From IMG/VR virus record IMGVR_UViG_3300027861_002706, positions 32,001-96,000 of that record: a stretch of 64,000 nucleotides of DNA. One strand, 5' to 3'. Position numbers and translations under genes: made by a program. Source of the DNA: a virus. Position 1 is the first letter of the stretch; the number at the start of each line of letters is the position of its first letter. The notes beneath the pieces are model-generated. The model searched no databases, was not told the DNA's origin, and was given only the letters and a program-made list of their open reading frames with translations. Shown in pieces: positions 58,987 through 64,000 of this stretch.

Positions 58987-59612
58987 TATATCTTCCTGTC
59001 AGTCTTGGTATCTTTTCTTCTAGCATTTTTTCTTATATTAATAGCGGAGCCATTGCTATAAGGATTAGATACCGATGCTACGCTATTAGCACTAGCCCAG
59101 AATTCACATGTGATCTGTACTGAACTAGTGATAGTAGATCCTGCAGTAACAATTAATCTTAGTCTAGTCATAGTTGCACCCTGCAACTGCAGAATCCTAT
59201 CTTTTATATCAAATATAGTTATTCCGCCGTCCAAACCCTCCTTAATCACATCCTCTTGATCACCCTGAAGATAGGCACTGGACCATACAGCTCCAGTAAC
59301 AGAATCATCATCCTCTAGATCCTGTCCAGTGGGAGCAACACTGGCTGTCCACTCGACATATCCATCGATATCTAATGAGCTGTCTATGCCGCTATCAGAA
59401 TTAAATATTCTATAAAACGTATCCTCAAAGTAAGAGACAGGTTGCGGCGAAAAATATCCAGTAAAAGGAAGGGTTATCCCACTAGATAAAACGATACTCT
59501 CACTACTCACAGGTACTTCAGAAGACAGATATGCACCATTATTCCTGGGCATACCTATATGAGAGTTAGGAGTTCCCATGACAGAAATAGAGGTTAATAC
59601 TCTTCTGGCCAT
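58986..59612 (-). CDS. Hypothetical protein (208 aa)
   Basis: ORF with SD GGAG in a coupled run. No family recognised. Confidence 0.7.
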   Translation of the reverse strand: MARRVLTSISVMGTPNSHIGMPRNNGAYLSSEVPVSSESIVLSSGITLPFTGYFSPQPVSYFEDTFYRIFNSDSGIDSSLDIDGYVEWTASVAPTGQDLEDDDSVTGAVWSSAYLQGDQEDVIKEGLDGGITIFDIKDRILQLQGATMTRLRLIVTAGSTITSSVQITCEFWASANSVASVSNPYSNGSAINIRKNARRKDTKTDRKI

Positions 59613-59621
59613 AGTACTCTC

Positions 59622-60200
59622 CTATAGTATGTAGAATGCTTGCCCACTAGCAGGAGTGGTATGTATCTGGCTTATTGTTAGCGTGTTTGCTGCTCCTGTG
59701 ACGTAGTCTTCTATGAAGGCGATTCTTCCATCTAGATTTCCACCGTGGAAAAGAACTGTTCTATCAACCCATTGATCATTTAGACCGGTTAAATCGCTAC
59801 AGACAACAGTAGTTAAAGAGCCTGCGGCAGTCGTAGTAAAACTCTTTGCAAGAGTTGGGAAGTCCATATCCATTTGGTGTTGGGCACTGGCGTGGCCATA
59901 GGTTTCTATAGCTATATGGCTATCCATAAATACTTTTGTGGCGGTAGCATCTTCTATTTTTAGATCTATATGAGCACCCGACATTTCAGCAGCGGTCAGA
60001 CTTAACTTATACACTCCGACAAAACTATTGTTCCATTTAGTAGGCTGATTAGTTGTATTAGCTGGAGCTCCAGCGTCTATTGATATTAGTGTGTCTCCGG
60101 ACGGCAAACTAGTTACATGATAGAGTTCATCTCCAGCTGTGTTATATACAGGAATGAATATATCTGTAGCTACACCATATTTTCTCTGAATAGGATTCAT
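59622..60200 (-). CDS. Hypothetical structural protein (192 aa)
   Basis: Coupled ORF, beta-rich (GVYKLSLTAAEM, DQWVDRTVLFHGG). Function unknown. Confidence 0.6.
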   Translation of the reverse strand: MNPIQRKYGVATDIFIPVYNTAGDELYHVTSLPSGDTLISIDAGAPANTTNQPTKWNNSFVGVYKLSLTAAEMSGAHIDLKIEDATATKVFMDSHIAIETYGHASAQHQMDMDFPTLAKSFTTTAAGSLTTVVCSDLTGLNDQWVDRTVLFHGGNLDGRIAFIEDYVTGAANTLTISQIHTTPASGQAFYIL

Positions 60201-60850
60201 CCTACTCTCCTAACTCTACATCTCGCGCCTTGCCAATCAAAAAAGGATGCCGTGATAGAAGACCATTCTTCATCATCTCTATCCACTGATCCTGAACCAC
60301 TATGCGACCCTTTGCCGGAAGTGATCTTATACCCAGCCCACAGGGAACATGCATTCCCTACTGTAGTTAACTGAGTATACCCACTTGGAGTAGTCCAGTC
60401 CGGAGAATTAGTATGACAGGCGGCTAATACTATTAGTCTTCCAGAAAGCTCAGGAGAGATAGATGGAAAAGTAATTGTCTCACCCGAGCTACTACTGCTA
60501 CTTGAACTAGCCTTATCCGCAACTAACCTAGATCTAGTCCCAGAAAATTCCGACACAAATACATTATATTGTTGTCTGTCACCAAAAGTAACCGTGAATG
60601 ATGTAGATTCAGTACCATCGGCAACTTTATACCACAGCACAGATCTAGCATCTGATCCGTTCGATACAGTTGCTATCTCTGTCCACGATCCGTTAGATGT
60701 ACTTGATGGATCCTCGCTAGAACCTAGTCTACCCATGAGCCCCAGGACTAGTAAGTTACCTTTAGTAGGAGAGGAGGCCAGGGTTGCTGTTATAGAAGTA
60801 GTCCCGCTGCCTGAAGTAGAACCAGACTGGACATGGGCTATAATAGCCAT
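60197..60850 (-). CDS. Ser/Thr-rich beta-sandwich protein (217 aa), fibre/adhesin-tip-like
   Basis: Two related halves (GNLLVL...WTEIA...LWYKVA and GRLIVL...YTQLT...WAGYKI). Coupled at both ends. Confidence 0.5.
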   Translation of the reverse strand: MAIIAHVQSGSTSGSGTTSITATLASSPTKGNLLVLGLMGRLGSSEDPSSTSNGSWTEIATVSNGSDARSVLWYKVADGTESTSFTVTFGDRQQYNVFVSEFSGTRSRLVADKASSSSSSSSGETITFPSISPELSGRLIVLAACHTNSPDWTTPSGYTQLTTVGNACSLWAGYKITSGKGSHSGSGSVDRDDEEWSSITASFFDWQGARCRVRRVG

Positions 60851-61173
60851 CAGTAGGTTAATTCTATATCTATTATTCCCGCCTGATCAGAACTACTTAT
60901 GACTATATCCATAATTCCCCCAGTAGCAAAATCCAGATCAACAGAATGGTCTACTACTGAAGTAGTTATGTCTATCGCGGTGGCGTACATATTCACCTTA
61001 TTCTTCTGCATCATTATCGTGGAGTCTGTACCCCCAACTCTGGACACTCTGATACTGCTAATGGATATACCATCAAGTACCGAAGTAACCACCGACGCTG
61101 GTAAAGAAAGCGGCGGATCAGTTACTGGGTCATTCGACCCAGTAGGATCCGCCACAAAGGTCATTATTGCCAC
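60850..61173 (-). CDS. Hypothetical protein (107 aa)
   Basis: ORF whose stop overlaps the next start (ATGA). No family recognised. Confidence 0.65.
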   Translation of the reverse strand: MAIMTFVADPTGSNDPVTDPPLSLPASVVTSVLDGISISSIRVSRVGGTDSTIMMQKNKVNMYATAIDITTSVVDHSVDLDFATGGIMDIVISSSDQAGIIDIELTY

Positions 61174-61192
61174 GATTAACCTAAACTAGTTG

Positions 61193-61663
61193 TTAACGCT
61201 CTTCTATTGTTAAATTATTAGCCGTTATCCTAACTGAATCTCCATCTGCCACGCTCTTTGGAGTATCAAAAATACCATAGTAGTATGTACCAGTTTCAGC
61301 TATTACACTACTGGTAGCAATGATAAATCCAGTTACAGTGCCCCATGATGCAACAGTAGACGTGCCAAAATTAATCTCATTGCCGTTATCAATAGTTGTT
61401 GCAAAGGGATCGCCGGCCGCAGTGGACGCAGCATTCATAGAAGCTGCAGTAAGTCGTACTCTACTATAACCAGCCGAGGCAGCAACTTCATGGGTGCTAT
61501 GCCAGGCTGATGCCGCGTTATCATTTACAGCAGGATCGCCTGTAACTAGCCCAATGTAAAGATCAGTATTCTCTGTGCCAGCCATCGGCGCAGCACCATC
61601 ATCAAACAAATAATTTAGAAGTATTCTTTCAAATTCAGCAGTTTTTGCTCCAGTAGTTGCCAT
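61193..61663 (-). CDS. Small phage fibre-associated protein (156 aa)
   Basis: ERILLNYLF...LYIGL.T.DP...EV..S.GYSRV...NGNEINFG..T.ASWGTVTGF.I....G....D.PKSV.DGDSVRI is a widespread small phage structural pattern often found near Ser/Thr/Ala-repeat genes. Confidence 0.7.
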   Translation of the reverse strand: MATTGAKTAEFERILLNYLFDDGAAPMAGTENTDLYIGLVTGDPAVNDNAASAWHSTHEVAASAGYSRVRLTAASMNAASTAAGDPFATTIDNGNEINFGTSTVASWGTVTGFIIATSSVIAETGTYYYGIFDTPKSVADGDSVRITANNLTIEER

Positions 61664-61872
61664 TACTTAGACTCCTTTTTTGCTTCTTTGCCGAAGTCTG
61701 CTAAGCCTTGGCCTCCGAGGTAAGCAATTGTAAGATACAATGTATCTTTCATAGCTTCTTCCGATAAACCAAAAAGCTTGCCTGTTACGATAAGGATCGC
61801 GGCCAATACAAAGGCCTGCGATTTCTTAGATTCTGCTCCACTAAATGGAAGCAACGAAGTTAAAAATTTCAT
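61663..61872 (-). CDS. Holin-like two-TM protein (69 aa)
   Basis: KKSQAFVLAAILIVTG and LYLTIAYLGGQGLADFGKE form two hydrophobic helices with a charged C-terminal tail. Confidence 0.7.
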   Translation of the reverse strand: MKFLTSLLPFSGAESKKSQAFVLAAILIVTGKLFGLSEEAMKDTLYLTIAYLGGQGLADFGKEAKKESK

Positions 61873-62174
61873 AGATTAGTCCCCTTCAAAGAGATCTCGA
61901 GCTCTTCTTTTCTTTTTCTAGTATACCAGCCTGCTAAAATGCCTACCACCCCAACAGCTAGAGTACCCCACTGAGCGAGAAATGGTGCAGCCAGTGGGGC
62001 TATTTTTTCAGCACTTGCCAGTTCTCCGGTTTCGACTACTACAGCGTCTGTTCCCTCGCCAACGATATCTAGCGGCCTAACAAACGCATCTGTTTCAAGT
62101 TCCGATGCTGGCTGGCCAAAAATTGCACAACCGGATATTGCTAAACATAACAAAGAGATACTAACTATTTTCAT
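61869..62174 (-). CDS. Lipoprotein with a C-terminal TM helix (101 aa), unimolecular-spanin-like architecture
   Basis: ATG 62174 with strong SD GAGGAGG. Signal MKIVSISLLCLAISG|C with lipobox ISGC. C-terminal WGTLAVGVVGILAGWY followed by RKRK. Confidence 0.6.
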   Translation of the reverse strand: MKIVSISLLCLAISGCAIFGQPASELETDAFVRPLDIVGEGTDAVVVETGELASAEKIAPLAAPFLAQWGTLAVGVVGILAGWYTRKRKEELEISLKGTNL

Positions 62175-62299
62175 TCTTCCTCCTCGTAAGGCTCGTACTG
62201 TGGATAAATCCAATGTACCCAATGGTTCATTATCACTCTAGGATTATTGCACCCTATTAAGCAGATTATACTTAATCCTAGTATAGATAGAAACATCAT
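62171..62299 (-). CDS. Small lipoprotein (42 aa), o-spanin/Rz1-like candidate; not in the ORF track
   Basis: Hand translation: MMFLSILGLSIICLIGCNNPRVIMNHWVHWIYPQYEPYEEEE*, lipobox LIGC. The start overlaps the upstream stop (TAATG) and the stop overlaps the downstream start (ATGA). Confidence 0.75.
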   Translation of the reverse strand: MMFLSILGLSIICLIGCNNPRVIMNHWVHWIYPQYEPYEEEE

Positions 62300-62634
62300 T
62301 ACTGAGACTTTCTTACTTCCAGAGAAGACAACTTTCTGCCTAACTCATTGAGCGAAACTCTCATGTTATCTATCTCTTTTTGTATATTCTTTATATCACC
62401 CTTTAGCAACAACTCCAAGGCCTCAGGATGTCCATCATTTACATGATCTTGAAGTCTTTCTTCAAGTTTTTGTAAATCATTTAACATAATTTCCTGGTTA
62501 ATCCTTATTGGAGCAATCTGTCTCTGTAGACTTAACTCCTGCTGGTTAAGCAGCCCCCACATACCTCCGATTAAAGCTATTACGGCAGCCAGGCTACCGA
62601 AAGCTCTGGCCCCTGATTCTCCATTATTAGCCAC
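62299..62634 (-). CDS. N-terminal TM plus coiled-coil protein (111 aa), i-spanin/Rz-like or holin-like
   Basis: FGSLAAVIALIGGMWGLL followed by a heptad-rich region. GTG start with SD AGGAG. Confidence 0.5.
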   Translation of the reverse strand: MANNGESGARAFGSLAAVIALIGGMWGLLNQQELSLQRQIAPIRINQEIMLNDLQKLEERLQDHVNDGHPEALELLLKGDIKNIQKEIDNMRVSLNELGRKLSSLEVRKSQ

Positions 62635-62638
62635 GCTC

Positions 62639-64000
62639 CTACTCCGTATCTATAATACCGGGTATTAAGCTATTTCTTTCTCTGGCGGTATTCGCTGCCG
62701 GTATTGGGTCAGATACATAGAGGTTCCTTTGTGGATTAAACAGGAAGGGTCCCCTGACCTGTCTAGATCCACGTTTGACTACCGACCCTACATCTCTCGT
62801 GGCGGATCTTGGCCTGTTCATATAGCCGACCAGGGCCGCCATAGCGGTGTTCATTCTTGTTTGTAGTGCTCGCTCTTTTTGAGTAGCTATATCTGCACCA
62901 GCAGGGAAATATGATATTCTAAAGTCACCTAGTTCTTTACTGGTTCCAGCGGCTAGATCCTTAGTTCCTCTCACATCATGAAGTATATCCATTGCAGTCT
63001 TGCACTTTACATATTCACGAAATGATCTATTCTTAGAAAATTTAGTTATATTTATATTTGCGCCCAAACTCTCATATACATCTATAGTGTTAGCCCATGC
63101 TCTAAGTCCGATATAATCATCTAAGTATGTATTAGGAATCATCGTTCCCAGTTCATTCTTAACTACTCTGACTCCGACTAGATTAGGATAGGGCTCAGTA
63201 TGGAACGTAATCTTTTGCGCAGATCCTAGGGTATTGCCACCCGTATCTGCTACGGCTGCAGCAATATGCACCTCTACTGTCATATTATTAGGCCAGTCTC
63301 TAGCAGCATCTGGTGTAATAGTTATTACCTTACCTGCTGTGCCTAGAGTCCCTATCGATAGATCTGAATAATTGCCACCGGTATTATTAGCATAGAATAT
63401 ACTGCCGGTTGCTAGCAGATGTTCTTCATCCAGGAATGCGTACTGTACTACCTGCACATTATCATTGGTTACAGTAGTTGAATCGATGTCTGCTGAAAAA
63501 GTCAGCTTTATCGTGTCCGTAGTGATGTCGACGCCGAAGGCATGATTGGTAGGAAGACTAGACGCCAATGTGAGAGAAGTCGAAGTTAAGTTAACATCTC
63601 CTGGAAGATTAAGGTCTCCACCAAGTGTAATCTCCTCTGCGGTTCTAGCAACAGAGGTTGTATCTAACTGGCTTCCTGTTTGAAAGGAAAGGACGCTAGT
63701 CGTGACTAGACTATGGCTAGTGCCGGATTTTATAGCCCCAGTAGAAAGAGCCAGGTCGCTTCCTATTAAAGTCAGCCTATATATGGAGTTAGATATAAGT
63801 AAGGTATATGGAACTATTGTTATTTTAGTGCCGGAAACACTAAGAGTAGCATCAACAACAGTATCCAGAGCCACAGATCTAAGTACCACTGTAGCCCCGG
63901 ACACTGAAGTAGCATCTAAGCTAGTATTAAAAGTTACCTCTAATTTTTGATTGAGGTATACGTTGGTAGCACCATCTGCAGGGGTAGACGCGGAAAAGAC
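62639..64000 (-). CDS. Neck/head-tail adaptor-like protein with two SbsA-type (Big_5) Ig domains; 5'-truncated by the window edge
   Basis: The frame is open to position 64000 (VFSASTPADGATNVYLNQKLEVTFNTSLDATSV, a typical Big_5 start). A second Ig unit begins SSLPTNHAFGVDITTDTIKLTFS. The C-terminal KELGDFRISY region is adaptor-like. Confidence 0.6.
   Translation of the reverse strand, partial: VFSASTPADGATNVYLNQKLEVTFNTSLDATSVSGATVVLRSVALDTVVDATLSVSGTKITIVPYTLLISNSIYRLTLIGSDLALSTGAIKSGTSHSLVTTSVLSFQTGSQLDTTSVARTAEEITLGGDLNLPGDVNLTSTSLTLASSLPTNHAFGVDITTDTIKLTFSADIDSTTVTNDNVQVVQYAFLDEEHLLATGSIFYANNTGGNYSDLSIGTLGTAGKVITITPDAARDWPNNMTVEVHIAAAVADTGGNTLGSAQKITFHTEPYPNLVGVRVVKNELGTMIPNTYLDDYIGLRAWANTIDVYESLGANINITKFSKNRSFREYVKCKTAMDILHDVRGTKDLAAGTSKELGDFRISYFPAGADIATQKERALQTRMNTAMAALVGYMNRPRSATRDVGSVVKRGSRQVRGPFLFNPQRNLYVSDPIPAANTARERNSLIPGIIDTE

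Noticed and set aside
62238-62281. Inverted repeat CTAGGATTA...TAATCCTAG with a minus-strand TATAAT as an operator/promoter
   Set aside because: The stretch is coding sequence of the 42-aa lipoprotein. The -35 position reads TTTCTA and there is no extended -10 TG, so a promoter is not supported.
12272-62641. Genome-wide TAG reassignment (genetic code 15)
   Set aside because: ORFs of 1500-2500 codons contain no in-frame TAG. Of 13 TAG-ending genes, only 6 have an in-frame neighbour, close to chance expectation. TAG behaves as a normal stop.
777-63950. All other plus-strand ORFs and the short alternative-frame minus ORFs (15567-15779, 24640-24831, 25468-25650, 41478-41699, 56334-56564)
   Set aside because: They lie entirely or almost entirely within long, motif-bearing minus-strand genes and show no recognisable motifs.
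1-64000. tRNA, rRNA, introns, inteins, integrases, transposases
   Set aside because: There is no intergenic space for RNA genes, and no intein (C...HN), homing-endonuclease or recombinase motifs were recognised by eye.

Overview
This window is the virion morphogenesis region of a large, contractile-tailed (myovirus-like, probably jumbo) bacteriophage. All supported genes lie on the minus strand, are nearly gap-free, and are often translationally coupled (ATGA/TAATG overlaps). In transcription order (64000 to 1) it encodes: an Ig-domain neck protein, a four-gene membrane/lysis-like cassette (including a 42-aa lipoprotein missed by the ORF track), an accessory fibre block with a 20-aa-repeat protein, head closure, tail terminator, sheath, tube and two tube paralogs, two chaperone paralogs, a tape-measure-like protein, a 1885-aa protein, a ~2480-aa hub, gp25-like and baseplate-J-like wedge proteins, and a long series of fibre/adhesin-like baseplate proteins. 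The top observation is the 1885-aa protein between tape measure and hub. By eye it carries collinear, diverged beta- and beta'-type motifs of two-barrel RNA polymerases (FGDS ... KQGLF ... REP ... DLDKD), suggesting a single-chain virion RNAP or an RNAP-derived protein. Other notable points are an exact 45-bp copy of part of that gene at the 3' end of a tube-paralog gene, a u-spanin-like lipoprotein next to a possible two-component spanin pair, and an in-frame TAG-separated chaperone-chaperone-TMP chain. No tRNA, rRNA, CRISPR array, integrase or transposase was seen. All family calls come from motif recognition and gene order; no database search was run.
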